Source: a virus (Duplodnaviria > Caudoviricetes). From it: a DNA stretch of 31,827 nucleotides. Both the position numbers and the translations under genes were made by a program. Below, in pieces: positions 6,270 through 15,989 of the stretch. Below the pieces are notes generated by a model. The model did not search any database. It saw only the letters and a program-made list of their open reading frames with translations, and was not told the origin of the DNA. The stretch covers positions 1 to 31,827 of the IMG/VR virus record IMGVR_UViG_3300020306_000014; one strand, given 5' to 3'. Positions within the stretch are counted from its first letter, which is position 1, and each line of letters begins with the position of its first letter.

Positions 6270-8550
6270 GCAAGGTCTTAAAAGATTACAAGATCAAACC
6301 TATAAGCTAGAACAACAGCAGTACTCTTCTGCTACAGTGTATGGTATATCTTCTATTGATGCACTACTACCACGTGTAGTTGCACGTATTGATAATACCA
6401 ACAAGAAAATACATCAAGGTAAGTATGGAGCTGCCTTCAAAGATATACACCAGTACCTCGCAAGTATTGAAGCACTAGCTGCGGCTGCTATCGCATGCAA
6501 GGTTACATTTGATAATGTCTTTGGTTACAAGGATGGCTGTAATACTGCTACCAATATATGCACCATGATAGGTAAGGCTATCGAAGACGAGTGCCACATG
6601 CGTCATTACGAGCATCATGCACCAGCTTTACTTAAAACACTCAAGGACAACTACTGGCACAAAGCCTGTGGTACACACCAGAAGCTAGTTGTTATCAGGA
6701 CGCTGATGAACAGAGCTAAGGTTACACCATGGACATCTTGGAGTGCAAGCATACGCACTAAGCTAGGCGGTTGGCTACTCGACTGTATCATGGAATCAAG
6801 TGGCTGGTTCTACAAGCAACGCCTTCGCACAGGCCGTAAGACCACTGTGTTCATAGCTCCAACAGCTGAGTTCATGGACATCAAGGATGAAGTAATGGCA
6901 AATGCAGAGCTTTTCAGCCCGTTAGCATGGCCTATGCTAGTGCCTCCACGCGACTGGTCTAACGAGCAAGTCGGCGGATATATTCTTAATGAGGTGATGC
7001 AAGGTCACGAGCTCGTTCGACGAGGCGATCACGCACTAATACAGGGGGAAATCCCACTTGCTTTTCTCAACAAAATTCAACAGGTCAAATACCGGCTAAA
7101 CCCATTTATAGTAAAGGCCGCATTTGAATTACAAGAGAGAGGTATAAGTGTGGGTAAGTTTCTACCGATTGTTCATTACGACCTCCCACCCAAACCAGTT
7201 GACATTGAGACTAACAAAGAGTCGAGAAAGGCGTATCGCAGATCAGCGGCAGAGGTCATGAACAAGAGAGCAGCAGAGTTCAAGAGATCCTGTCGCACAC
7301 GTATGACTATGGAAGCTGTCGCTCGCTTCAAGGACAGAGAGTTCTACATACCATGGTCATTTGACTACAGAGGTCGAGCCTATCCTATCCCTGCATTTCT
7401 CACACCACAAGACACAGACTTTGGCAAATCGCTTTTGCTCTTCGCCGATGCTGTTGACTTGAACGAGAGTGCAGAGGGTTGGCTTGCCTTTCAAGTTGCT
7501 ACTACATATGGTCTTGACAAGTCTACTATGCAAGAGAGGCTTGACTGGACACACAACAATGTCTCACTTGTCTCACGAGTTGCGACTGACCCACTTAACA
7601 ATCTAGGTGATTGGGAGGGTGCAGATGAGCCTTGGTTATTCTTGGCTGCATGTGAAGAGTACTATCATTGTTGTATACTTTGCGATAGGACACAGACTTC
7701 GTTGCCTATTGCTACTGATGCCACTTGCTCAGGGTTGCAGATACTTGCAGGCTTAGCTCGTGACAGATCAACTGCACTGTTGGTAAATGTAGTACCATCA
7801 GAAAGACCACAAGATGCCTATGCTGTGGTCGCCAAGGTTTCACAGCCTTACATTCCAGAGAAATACCGTTCCGTCTGGGATCGTAAATGTGTAAAGCGTA
7901 CAGTTATGACTATACCATACAACGCTAAACCTTTCTCCAATAGGTCGTATATCAAAGATGCACTCAAAGAAAAGGGTGTCGAGGTTGATAAGGATGACCT
8001 CACTCAGATCGTTCAATCAGTTCGTCAGGCTATGCAGGCAGTTGTGCCCGGGCCGATGTCAGTTATGAGATGGATCGAGAATGAGATTGGTAAGACTATA
8101 CGTAGAGGAGAAAGCTACATAGAATGGACGACCCCTTCGGGCTTCGTGGTTAGACAGCGGTACTTTAAAAAGAAAGTAGAACGTATACAACTACAGCTTT
8201 TAGGTCGTTGCGACTTATCCGTTGCAGTAGAGGATGGGAAGGAGGTCGACATCAACAGGCACAAGGCGGCTACTGCGCCTAACCTGATCCATAGTCTTGA
8301 TGCAAGCCTGTTACACCTTGCGCTACGGAGATTTGATGAGCCGATAGCACTAATTCATGACAGTGTGTTAAGCAGAGCTTGCGATATGGATAAACTCAGT
8401 GCTATAATAAGGGAGACGTACATGATTCTCTTTGCAGAACATGACTATCTCAACACCTTTGCCAGTCAGATACAGGCAGAGACAGAACCACCGATCGTTG
8501 GCGACTTACAGCCAGAGACGGTTATTGAATCCACTTATTTCTTTTGTTAA
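6199..8550 (+). CDS. gp1: Single-subunit phage RNA polymerase (T7 gp1-like)
   Basis: DYRGRAY, DATCSGLQ (motif A), RKCVKRTVMTIPY (motif B), APNLIHSLDA, IHDS (motif C), C-terminal YFFC. Confidence 0.98.
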   Translation: MNSQTHITQDRITEQVNLERSQIKQGLKRLQDQTYKLEQQQYSSATVYGISSIDALLPRVVARIDNTNKKIHQGKYGAAFKDIHQYLASIEALAAAAIACKVTFDNVFGYKDGCNTATNICTMIGKAIEDECHMRHYEHHAPALLKTLKDNYWHKACGTHQKLVVIRTLMNRAKVTPWTSWSASIRTKLGGWLLDCIMESSGWFYKQRLRTGRKTTVFIAPTAEFMDIKDEVMANAELFSPLAWPMLVPPRDWSNEQVGGYILNEVMQGHELVRRGDHALIQGEIPLAFLNKIQQVKYRLNPFIVKAAFELQERGISVGKFLPIVHYDLPPKPVDIETNKESRKAYRRSAAEVMNKRAAEFKRSCRTRMTMEAVARFKDREFYIPWSFDYRGRAYPIPAFLTPQDTDFGKSLLLFADAVDLNESAEGWLAFQVATTYGLDKSTMQERLDWTHNNVSLVSRVATDPLNNLGDWEGADEPWLFLAACEEYYHCCILCDRTQTSLPIATDATCSGLQILAGLARDRSTALLVNVVPSERPQDAYAVVAKVSQPYIPEKYRSVWDRKCVKRTVMTIPYNAKPFSNRSYIKDALKEKGVEVDKDDLTQIVQSVRQAMQAVVPGPMSVMRWIENEIGKTIRRGESYIEWTTPSGFVVRQRYFKKKVERIQLQLLGRCDLSVAVEDGKEVDINRHKAATAPNLIHSLDASLLHLALRRFDEPIALIHDSVLSRACDMDKLSAIIRETYMILFAEHDYLNTFASQIQAETEPPIVGDLQPETVIESTYFFC

Positions 8551-8552
8551 TT

Positions 8553-9122
8553 ATGAGCAAAAACGTACACGTCACAGACGAAGTAAAACTAGAAGGCTTC
8601 CAAGCCATACTTGAGCCCGGTAAGTTTGGCTATTCCCTTGCTGCTATTGTAGGAGAGGATATGGTCAATGCACTGGAGACTGAAAGAAAGTCTGTCCTTG
8701 CATGGGCAGAGTCCAAACTAAAGAACCCAAAGAGAGCTACACTCAAGCCAACACCATGGGAAGAGGTAGCTGATGGTAAATACAAGATCAAGTTCTCATG
8801 GGGAGAGGACAAGAAACCACCTGTTGTTGACACAGAAGGATCACCAGTTACAGATGCAAAGACACCTATATATGGTGGCTCAACTGTAAAGCTAGGCTTC
8901 TTCCAAAAGCCATACATCTTGAAAGATGGAGTTACTTATGGTAGTTCACTCAAGCTTGTCGGCGTACAAGTCGTCGAGATCAAAGGATCAGCAGCAGGCG
9001 TTGACACAGACAGCATGGACGAGGAGGCTGTAGCTGACTTGTTCGGTAAGACTGAAGGCTTCAAAGCTACAACAGCAGAAGCTCCAAAGATAGAAGCTTT
9101 TGAAGAAGAAGAGGACTTTTAA
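8553..9122 (+). CDS. gp2.5: Single-stranded DNA-binding protein (gp2.5-like)
   Basis: IYGGSTVKL and SLKLVGVQV motifs, acidic tail ending EEEEDF; ATG at 8553. Confidence 0.9.
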   Translation: MSKNVHVTDEVKLEGFQAILEPGKFGYSLAAIVGEDMVNALETERKSVLAWAESKLKNPKRATLKPTPWEEVADGKYKIKFSWGEDKKPPVVDTEGSPVTDAKTPIYGGSTVKLGFFQKPYILKDGVTYGSSLKLVGVQVVEIKGSAAGVDTDSMDEEAVADLFGKTEGFKATTAEAPKIEAFEEEEDF

Positions 9123-9465
9123 ATCTAAACTAGAGGTCAGCGTTGCTGAGCTACTAGATCAGATTGGTACACCGTATGAGTATGAGTCACATAAGGTTCC
9201 GTATACGATACAACATCATTATACACCTGACTTCATACTACCTAACGGTATCTATCTTGAAACAAAAGGGTATTGGGATGCTGATGATAGACGTAAGATC
9301 CTAGCTGTTATTAGAGATAATCCAGATGTAGACTTACGCATGGTGTTTCAAGCACCCTTCAACAAGATAAGTAAAAAGTCCAAAACCACATACGCCCAGT
9401 GGTGTGAGAAACACGACATCAAATGGGCGGCAGTACACGCAATCCCCATTGATTGGCTAACATGA
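9100..9465 (+). CDS. gp3: Endonuclease I / Holliday junction resolvase (gp3-like)
   Basis: FKSKLE, YTPDFILPNGIYLETKG, TTYAQWCEK; start uncertain (TTG only). Confidence 0.93.
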   Translation: MKKKRTFKSKLEVSVAELLDQIGTPYEYESHKVPYTIQHHYTPDFILPNGIYLETKGYWDADDRRKILAVIRDNPDVDLRMVFQAPFNKISKKSKTTYAQWCEKHDIKWAAVHAIPIDWLT

Positions 9466-11054
9466 ACACAGAATCAGAATTTGTGGCACATGAGCCGTGC
9501 GATAATTGTGGTTCGTCAGATGCTAACTCACGTTACTCTGACGGCCACGCGTTCTGCTTTTCGTGCCAGACGTACACCCCGGCGGACGGGGACAATAATA
9601 CACCCAGAATGATAAATGACAAAACCGCAGCAAGATTCCTCGGAGAAGCAGAAGCCCTTAAAAAGAGAGGAATCAGTGAAGCAACCAACAGCTTCTACAG
9701 AATATACAGATACGGTAACACCCTACGTTTCCCATATTACACAAATGATGGGGTCGTTGCTGGATTCAAAATTAAAACTAAGTCAAAAGACTTTCACTAC
9801 GAGGGACAATCTACAAGCACACTTTTTGGTCAACACTTATTTCCAACTACTGGCAAGCGAATTGTCATCACTGAAGGAGAACTAGATGCTGCCAGTTGTT
9901 ATGAAGTTATGTCAGGTTGGCCGATGGTCAGCCTTCCTCATGGTGCGGCAGCAGCAAGAAAGGACTTACAAAAAGCCATACCCTTCTTGCAAGGCTACCA
10001 AGAGATCGTCCTGTTCTTCGACAACGATGAAGCAGGGCGTGAGGCCGTTGAATCTGCCTCGAGCATACTCCCAGCCGGCCGCGTTAAGATTGCTAGACTC
10101 GATGCTTACAAAGATGCAAGCGATGCACTCCAAGCTAATGACCAAGAAGCAATAAGACGTGCGATATGGGATGCTAAACCCTACAGGCCAGACGGCATCG
10201 TAGATGGTAAAAACCTATTGGGCTTAGTCACAGAGCCTACTAAAACCTGTGACCACGAGTTCCCATTCAAGGGACTCAATGAGAAACTACATGGCATCAG
10301 GTACGGTGAGTTAACTACACTTACAGCTGGGTCAGGTAGTGGTAAGACCTCTTTGGTCAGGGCTATTGCTGCTGATCTTCTACAGAAAGGAGAGACTGTC
10401 GGCATACTTGAGCTTGAGGCAAACAACAAACGTACAGCACTCGGCTTGATGTCTGCTGCACTTGGTAAACCTTATCATATTGGAGAACATGGACGAGAAG
10501 AACTCACCACTGCTTTCAATGATACTCTATCAAACTGGAATGTTTTTCTGTTTGATGGGTTTGGTAGCTTTGACCCTGACGTTATTTACAATAGGATCGA
10601 ATACCTTGCCAGTGGATTGGAGTGTCGTATTATATTCCTCGATCATCTTAGTATATTATTAAGTGGACTCGATGGAGACGAGCGACGCATGATTGACTCA
10701 ACAATGACGAAACTCAGGTCATTGGTAGAGCGTACAGGCATCGCACTATTTTTAGTTTCACATTTAAGGAGAACAAACAGTGACAATAATTCGCACGAGG
10801 AAGGAGGACGTGTATCCCTCGGACAACTACGTGGATCTCATTCGATTGCTCAGCTCAGCGATTCGGTCATCGCTTTGGAACGTGACCAGCAAGGAGAGGC
10901 TGACGCTAATCTCACAACTCTGCGAGTCCTTAAAAACCGTTTCTCAGGAGAAGTCGGAGTCGCTACACAACTGAGTTATGATTTATCCACATGTCAATTC
11001 TATGAAAATAAACCCGAAGAAACAGCTGAGTTCAACCCAGCTACAGATTTTTAA
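9462..11054 (+). CDS. gp4: Primase/helicase (gp4-like)
   Basis: Zn finger CDNC...CFSC, TOPRIM EGELDA and FDNDEAG, Walker A AGSGSGKT, LRGSHSIAQLSD, KNRFSG, terminal Phe. Confidence 0.97.
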   Translation: MNTESEFVAHEPCDNCGSSDANSRYSDGHAFCFSCQTYTPADGDNNTPRMINDKTAARFLGEAEALKKRGISEATNSFYRIYRYGNTLRFPYYTNDGVVAGFKIKTKSKDFHYEGQSTSTLFGQHLFPTTGKRIVITEGELDAASCYEVMSGWPMVSLPHGAAAARKDLQKAIPFLQGYQEIVLFFDNDEAGREAVESASSILPAGRVKIARLDAYKDASDALQANDQEAIRRAIWDAKPYRPDGIVDGKNLLGLVTEPTKTCDHEFPFKGLNEKLHGIRYGELTTLTAGSGSGKTSLVRAIAADLLQKGETVGILELEANNKRTALGLMSAALGKPYHIGEHGREELTTAFNDTLSNWNVFLFDGFGSFDPDVIYNRIEYLASGLECRIIFLDHLSILLSGLDGDERRMIDSTMTKLRSLVERTGIALFLVSHLRRTNSDNNSHEEGGRVSLGQLRGSHSIAQLSDSVIALERDQQGEADANLTTLRVLKNRFSGEVGVATQLSYDLSTCQFYENKPEETAEFNPATDF

Positions 11055-11157
11055 ACCTAACCCACCTACTAGGAGAGCAAAGCAACGTGCCAAATTCAGA
11101 GACAAAACCTACCACCCTCCTGTTCGATCTGGAAACAACACCACTCGACGCAGCTAG
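11002..11157 (+). CDS. Small overlapping hypothetical protein (51 aa, ...KPNPPTRRAKQRAKFRDKTY...)
   Basis: Manually translated; spans the helicase end and polymerase start. The PNPPT...F.DKTY pattern resembles small cyanopodovirus ORFs at this locus (from recall). Confidence 0.45.
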   Translation: MKINPKKQLSSTQLQIFKPNPPTRRAKQRAKFRDKTYHPPVRSGNNTTRRS

Positions 11158-11629
11158 GACTGAAATACACTGCCTCGTCATTCTCGACTATGAGACTGGT
11201 GAGACTGCAAGATACAATGATACTGGAGCTAGTGAGCCTATACTTACTGGTGTCAAGGATCTTATGTATGCCGACACTATCATTGGACATAACATCATCG
11301 GCTTTGACATTCCGGTGTTGCAAGAATGTTACCCTTTCTTTGAACCACAGGGTCGCATCGTAGATACATTATTACTATCAAGGCTATACCACCCTGACAT
11401 GCTTGAGGTTGACCGCAAGCGTAAGGTAGAAGGTATGCCAACCAAGCTTTATGGTCGCCACTCTTTGGAGTCCTATGGTCACAGGTTGGGAGAATACAAA
11501 GGGAACTTTGGAGAGACTTCCGACTGGTCACACTGGAGCAAGGAGATGGAGGACTATTGTGAACAAGATACAATCGTTACAAGAAAACTATGTCAACATT
11601 TCCACCCTTACCTGATTGGGTCAAACTAG
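11087..11629 (+). CDS. DNA polymerase gp5, N-terminal 3'-5' exonuclease part
   Basis: ExoI FDLET, ExoII GHNIIGFD, HSLESYG, ExoIII YCEQD; stops before the polymerase domain. Confidence 0.9.
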   Translation: MPNSETKPTTLLFDLETTPLDAARTEIHCLVILDYETGETARYNDTGASEPILTGVKDLMYADTIIGHNIIGFDIPVLQECYPFFEPQGRIVDTLLLSRLYHPDMLEVDRKRKVEGMPTKLYGRHSLESYGHRLGEYKGNFGETSDWSHWSKEMEDYCEQDTIVTRKLCQHFHPYLIGSN

Positions 11630-12852
11630 AGCATCAGGTCGCACTAATACTACAACAACAAGAAGAACATGGATGGTACTTTAATGAAGGCTCTGCACGG
11701 GAACTTGAGCAAACTCTCAGATCAGAACTTTCAGAAGCTACTGAAATATTACGGAGGAGACACCCTTTCGTTGCCGGAGCAGTGTTCACTCCTAAGCGAA
11801 ATAACAGGACACAAGGGTACATACAAGGATGCCCCTTCACCAAACTCAAACAACTCAACCCCACATCAAGAGATCAAATAGCATGGATACTGAAGACACA
11901 CAGCAATTGGACACCGAAATCGTTAACTGCCTCAGGGAAGGCGGTTATAGACGAGACCGTATTAAAAGATATTGGGTCGGAGACAGCCCTGTTGTTTCTT
12001 CGATGTCTCGATATTACCAAGAAATTGGGGATGATCTCGGAAGGCGTGAACGCATGGCAGAAGCTATCTACGACGTGTAATAGAATACACCATCATTGTT
12101 CCGTCGCCACCAGCACATTCAGATGTGCCCACCGTAAACCAAACTTAGCACAAGTACCAGCAGATGAAAGATTCAGACACCTTTTCCAAGCGACTCCTAG
12201 TAAACAAATGGTTTCAGCTGACCTTAGTGGGATTGAGCTTAGGATGCTTGCTCATTACCTCTCGAGGTATGATAACGGACGCTATCAAAGGATTCTTATT
12301 GAAGGGGATATTCACCAAACTAACGCCGACAGGATTGGAATCACTAGACGGCAAGTTAAAACTGTTACCTATGCCTTCCTCTATGGAGCCGGCGATACCA
12401 AACTCGGCTACTCCTTCAACAAACAGCTTACCGAAACCGCAGCTAGGCATAAAGGGGCTGAGATAAGAAAGGCGTACGTTGCAGCTATTCCCGGCTTGAA
12501 GGAGCTGCTTGATGCCACGCAGAAGTGTGCGGCCAAAGGTTTCGCAAAAGGAATTGATGGCCGTAAGATCAAGGTAGATAAGTCGCACAAGTTTCTTAAC
12601 TACCTATTACAAGGCTCAGCAGCTACAATAGCAAAAAGATGGATGGTGATTGTGAATGATTGCCTACCACCTGATGCTCACCAACTATCATTCGTTCACG
12701 ATGAGCTAAACTATGAATGTTATCCTAAAGATACTGAAGAGTTAGCCAAGTGGCTCGAAATATCTGCTAAACTAGCAGGAGAATATTATAACCTAAGATG
12801 CCCTATCGCAGCTGAAGCTAAGATTGGATATACTTGGGCAGACGTACACTAA
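11590..12852 (+). CDS. DNA polymerase gp5, family A polymerase part
   Basis: DLSGIELR (motif A), RRQVKTVTYAFLYG (motif B, Tyr at the 762-equivalent position), VHDE (motif C). Confidence 0.95.
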   Translation: MSTFPPLPDWVKLEHQVALILQQQEEHGWYFNEGSARELEQTLRSELSEATEILRRRHPFVAGAVFTPKRNNRTQGYIQGCPFTKLKQLNPTSRDQIAWILKTHSNWTPKSLTASGKAVIDETVLKDIGSETALLFLRCLDITKKLGMISEGVNAWQKLSTTCNRIHHHCSVATSTFRCAHRKPNLAQVPADERFRHLFQATPSKQMVSADLSGIELRMLAHYLSRYDNGRYQRILIEGDIHQTNADRIGITRRQVKTVTYAFLYGAGDTKLGYSFNKQLTETAARHKGAEIRKAYVAAIPGLKELLDATQKCAAKGFAKGIDGRKIKVDKSHKFLNYLLQGSAATIAKRWMVIVNDCLPPDAHQLSFVHDELNYECYPKDTEELAKWLEISAKLAGEYYNLRCPIAAEAKIGYTWADVH

Positions 12853-12858
12853 ACCACC

Positions 12859-13596
12859 ATGAAACTACTAATTGATGCAGACTACATAGTATACAAGTGC
12901 TGTGCAGCCTGTGAAACTGAGATTGACTACGGCGAAGACGTTATTTTTGTTACATCCAACTTTTCTGACGCTTATAAGGCCGTAAAACGTGAAATAGACA
13001 ATATAAATATGCAATTTGGCGGTTTTGGCTCACCAATGCTGTTTTTTAGTGATTCTAAAAATTTTAGGAAAAAAATTTCCCCAGATTACAAAGGTCATAG
13101 AAATAGAAAGAAGCCATGCGGCTACAAACGTGTCATACGTAACCTAGAACTAGAATTTAGTGTTATCACTATGCCAGAGCTAGAAGCTGACGATGCTATG
13201 GGTATATACGCTACAAAGTTTCCCGGCAATACTATTGTCTCACCTGATAAGGATATGAGACAGATTCCCGGCAAGCTATACAACCTAGAAGACACTACAA
13301 CAATTACACCAGAAGAGGGTGCTAGATGGCATCTGATACAGACACTAGCTGGCGACCAGACTGATGGCTACAGCGGTGTACCCGGTATCGGTGTAAAGAG
13401 AGCAGCTACCCTGTTTGAGAAAGAAGGCTACAGCTGGGCTACAGTTGTTAAAGCATTTAAGGACAAAGGGTTGACAGAAGACAACGCTTTACTTAATGCA
13501 AGACTAGCTAGAATACTTACAGATCAGGACTATGACTCAAGAACCCAAACCCCTATCCTCTGGACACCCGAAGCCGATTACAAAATTGACGGTTGA
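12859..13596 (+). CDS. gp6: 5'-3' exonuclease (gp6-like)
   Basis: LLIDAD, YKGHR, LEADD, DKD, GDQTDGYSGVPGIG motifs. Confidence 0.95.
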   Translation: MKLLIDADYIVYKCCAACETEIDYGEDVIFVTSNFSDAYKAVKREIDNINMQFGGFGSPMLFFSDSKNFRKKISPDYKGHRNRKKPCGYKRVIRNLELEFSVITMPELEADDAMGIYATKFPGNTIVSPDKDMRQIPGKLYNLEDTTTITPEEGARWHLIQTLAGDQTDGYSGVPGIGVKRAATLFEKEGYSWATVVKAFKDKGLTEDNALLNARLARILTDQDYDSRTQTPILWTPEADYKIDG

Positions 13597-13747
13597 ACAA
13601 GACCTCAAGATGCGGCTTATAGAAGACGGGCTCAGAAAAAAATACTGGACAAACAAGGAAGATGTAATCACTGTCTTCCTTGCACTTCAAGAACAAAACT
13701 TTATACTTGGTAACAATCTAAAAGAACTACTACAATTTATACCATAA
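13532..13747 (+). CDS. Hypothetical protein
   Basis: 71 aa, SD AGGA, TAATG-coupled to RNR. Confidence 0.7.
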   Translation: MTQEPKPLSSGHPKPITKLTVEQDLKMRLIEDGLRKKYWTNKEDVITVFLALQEQNFILGNNLKELLQFIP

Positions 13748-15123
13748 TGTCTACTCAATTTATCTCCCGCACCGGCAGAGTGCAATCTTGGATCGATGAT
13801 CCTACATCAAGACTACCTGTATCATGCACCATCTTCGTTGTAGAAGATAGCATGGAAGGGCCAGAGGGTATCGAAGCTAGCTGGAGGTTCGCTTCCCATG
13901 CACTACGTTACGGTGCAGGGTGTGCTATCCACCTGTCTAAACTTAGACCCGAGGGACACACAAACGACAAAGGGCTGGTAGCTACAGGCCCAGTCAGCTT
14001 CGGTAAGATATACTCAGCTCTCAACGAGACACTTCGTAGAGGTGGAGCTTACAAGAACGGAGCAATAGTTCTGCACCTAGACCTAGACCATGCAGACGTA
14101 CTAAAATTTATAACTACACCCAGACAGGAACTACCGTGGGTGAAGCGTTGCGTTGACATCACACCAAAGATGTGGCGTAACTGTAATAGAGAAATCAAGG
14201 AGGCTTTACTACATGGAATCAAATCAGGAGACATCTGGCTCAACAAAATCAAATACGACGGAGAAGGGACTCGTATCTATGGAAACGTATGCCTTGAAGT
14301 ATACTTGCCCTCACGTGGAACTTGCTTGTTACAGCATGTCAATCTCGGTGCCTGTTCAATCGACGACCTACAAGAGGCTTTCGTATCAGGCATGTCCGAG
14401 TTGTGTGATCTCCATGGCCGGACAGGTGTTGGAGAATCTGGAGAGTACCTTGCCCCAGAAATTGACAAACAAGTGGGGCTTGGAGTGCTCGGTCTTGCCA
14501 ACTTCCTCAGACAGTACAGTATCTCGTACGAGGACTTCGGAGAGGCACTCAGCAGAGTAAACAAAGGACTCTCTGCAAACGATGCTCCGGGCATAGCAGC
14601 TTGGGGATTACAACACGCTATCTTTGAAGCATCACAGATAGCAAGAGAACATAACATGGTAAGGGCGTTCGCTATTGCACCCACTGCCAGTTGCAGCTAT
14701 CGCAGTAAAGACCTAGACGGCTATACATGCACACCCGAGATAGCACCACCAATAGCTAGAACCGTAGACAGAGACTCCGGCGAGTTCGGAGTAGAGAGAG
14801 TTGAATACGGCGACGTTGAGATTGCAAGTGAGGTAGGATGGGACGCATATAAGCGTGTAGCAGACGAAATCATCACAATGCTCGATAGGACAGGATTGCT
14901 TCATGGCTACAGCTTCAACAGCTGGAGCGACGTAGTAACTTACGACGAAGCGTTTATCGAAGAGTGGCTAGCTAGTCCACAAACTTCGTTATATTATTCC
15001 CTCCAAGTCATGGGCGATGTACAAGATAAGTCTGATGCTTACGCAGCGTTGGGTGACATTGACGTCGACAATTACTTGGCAGGCATTTTAGATAACAACC
15101 CCAAATGCGACTGCGAACAATGA
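13747..15123 (+). CDS. nrdA: Ribonucleotide reductase alpha subunit, minimal class I (cyanopodovirus type)
   Basis: PVSC, NVCLE finger loop, APTAS, SLYY tyrosine dyad, C-terminal CDC; no ATP cone. Confidence 0.9.
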   Translation: MSTQFISRTGRVQSWIDDPTSRLPVSCTIFVVEDSMEGPEGIEASWRFASHALRYGAGCAIHLSKLRPEGHTNDKGLVATGPVSFGKIYSALNETLRRGGAYKNGAIVLHLDLDHADVLKFITTPRQELPWVKRCVDITPKMWRNCNREIKEALLHGIKSGDIWLNKIKYDGEGTRIYGNVCLEVYLPSRGTCLLQHVNLGACSIDDLQEAFVSGMSELCDLHGRTGVGESGEYLAPEIDKQVGLGVLGLANFLRQYSISYEDFGEALSRVNKGLSANDAPGIAAWGLQHAIFEASQIAREHNMVRAFAIAPTASCSYRSKDLDGYTCTPEIAPPIARTVDRDSGEFGVERVEYGDVEIASEVGWDAYKRVADEIITMLDRTGLLHGYSFNSWSDVVTYDEAFIEEWLASPQTSLYYSLQVMGDVQDKSDAYAALGDIDVDNYLAGILDNNPKCDCEQ

Positions 15124-15833
15124 ACCCATACGAAAAATTATTTAGTAGAAAAAGAAAATGGACACCCGTTCAACCCACAAAAGGAGCACTGAAGGAAGGT
15201 GCTGAAGAAACCATCAAACGTGCTCTCGCAATACGTCATATGGAGCTGCCAGTTGGAGACTTTATTCTTGAGGGTCTTGAGAAAGAAGTACCCGATACAG
15301 CTAGAAAGCTTCTCATCTCGAATGTCAAAGATGAAGAGAAGCATGACATTGCGTTAAACTATATTGTTGATGCTCACGGAGCAGATATACAATCAGAACT
15401 AGAAGCTATAAAGATAAGAGATGCTTGGATTGCACACCCCGATCACACTATTACAAAAGCCCTCGTTGCAGAGCGAGCTATATTCTTTGTTCTATTACCT
15501 TTCTTTAGGTTTACTGGTGATGCTGCTATCAGAACGGTATCAGCTGATATATCCAGAGATGAACAAGTCCACGTGGCTACGAATAGCTTGGTCTGTGCCG
15601 AGCTTGGCCTTCGTCCTAGCAGTAGCTTGGATAAGCTTAGGAAGGCAACTATTTCATGGGTAATGCAACCCTTGAAAACTTCACCGGACAAACATTTAGA
15701 CAAACAGTTCTGGCTTGATGCGAGCGACCGGTTGATGTATGAAGGTAAGGCACCACAGTTTGCCGATACCAGAGCAGCTCGCATGCCAGCGTTTTTTGAA
15801 CATGCAAATACAAACCTCCCCCAATACGCTTAG
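15120..15833 (+). CDS. nrdB: Ribonucleotide reductase beta subunit (ferritin-like)
   Basis: Two ExxH motifs (DEEKH, DEQVH), C-terminal Tyr (PQYA), ATGA-coupled to alpha. Confidence 0.82.
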   Translation: MNPYEKLFSRKRKWTPVQPTKGALKEGAEETIKRALAIRHMELPVGDFILEGLEKEVPDTARKLLISNVKDEEKHDIALNYIVDAHGADIQSELEAIKIRDAWIAHPDHTITKALVAERAIFFVLLPFFRFTGDAAIRTVSADISRDEQVHVATNSLVCAELGLRPSSSLDKLRKATISWVMQPLKTSPDKHLDKQFWLDASDRLMYEGKAPQFADTRAARMPAFFEHANTNLPQYA

Positions 15834-15987
15834 CTTTCATTCAGAGAAGTTAGAGAAGTTGGTCGAGGATTTGGAGTCCAAGTTCGCTTGGCATCCAGTC
15901 CACCCCAAGGAGGAGCTAGCCTCCATTATGTACAGGGCCGGCCAAGAGTCGGTCGTACAATATGTAAAATCTATTTTAGGAGAATAA
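15802..15987 (+). CDS. Conserved hypothetical protein (IMYRAGQESVV motif)
   Basis: 61 aa from ATG 15802; typical position ahead of the morphogenesis genes. Confidence 0.7.
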   Translation: MQIQTSPNTLSFHSEKLEKLVEDLESKFAWHPVHPKEELASIMYRAGQESVVQYVKSILGE

Positions 15988-15989
15988 CT

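Noticed and set aside
8545-8560. Integrase/attP after the RNA polymerase as in P-SSP7
   Set aside because: RNAP is followed within 2 nt by SSB; no tyrosine recombinase ORF in the window
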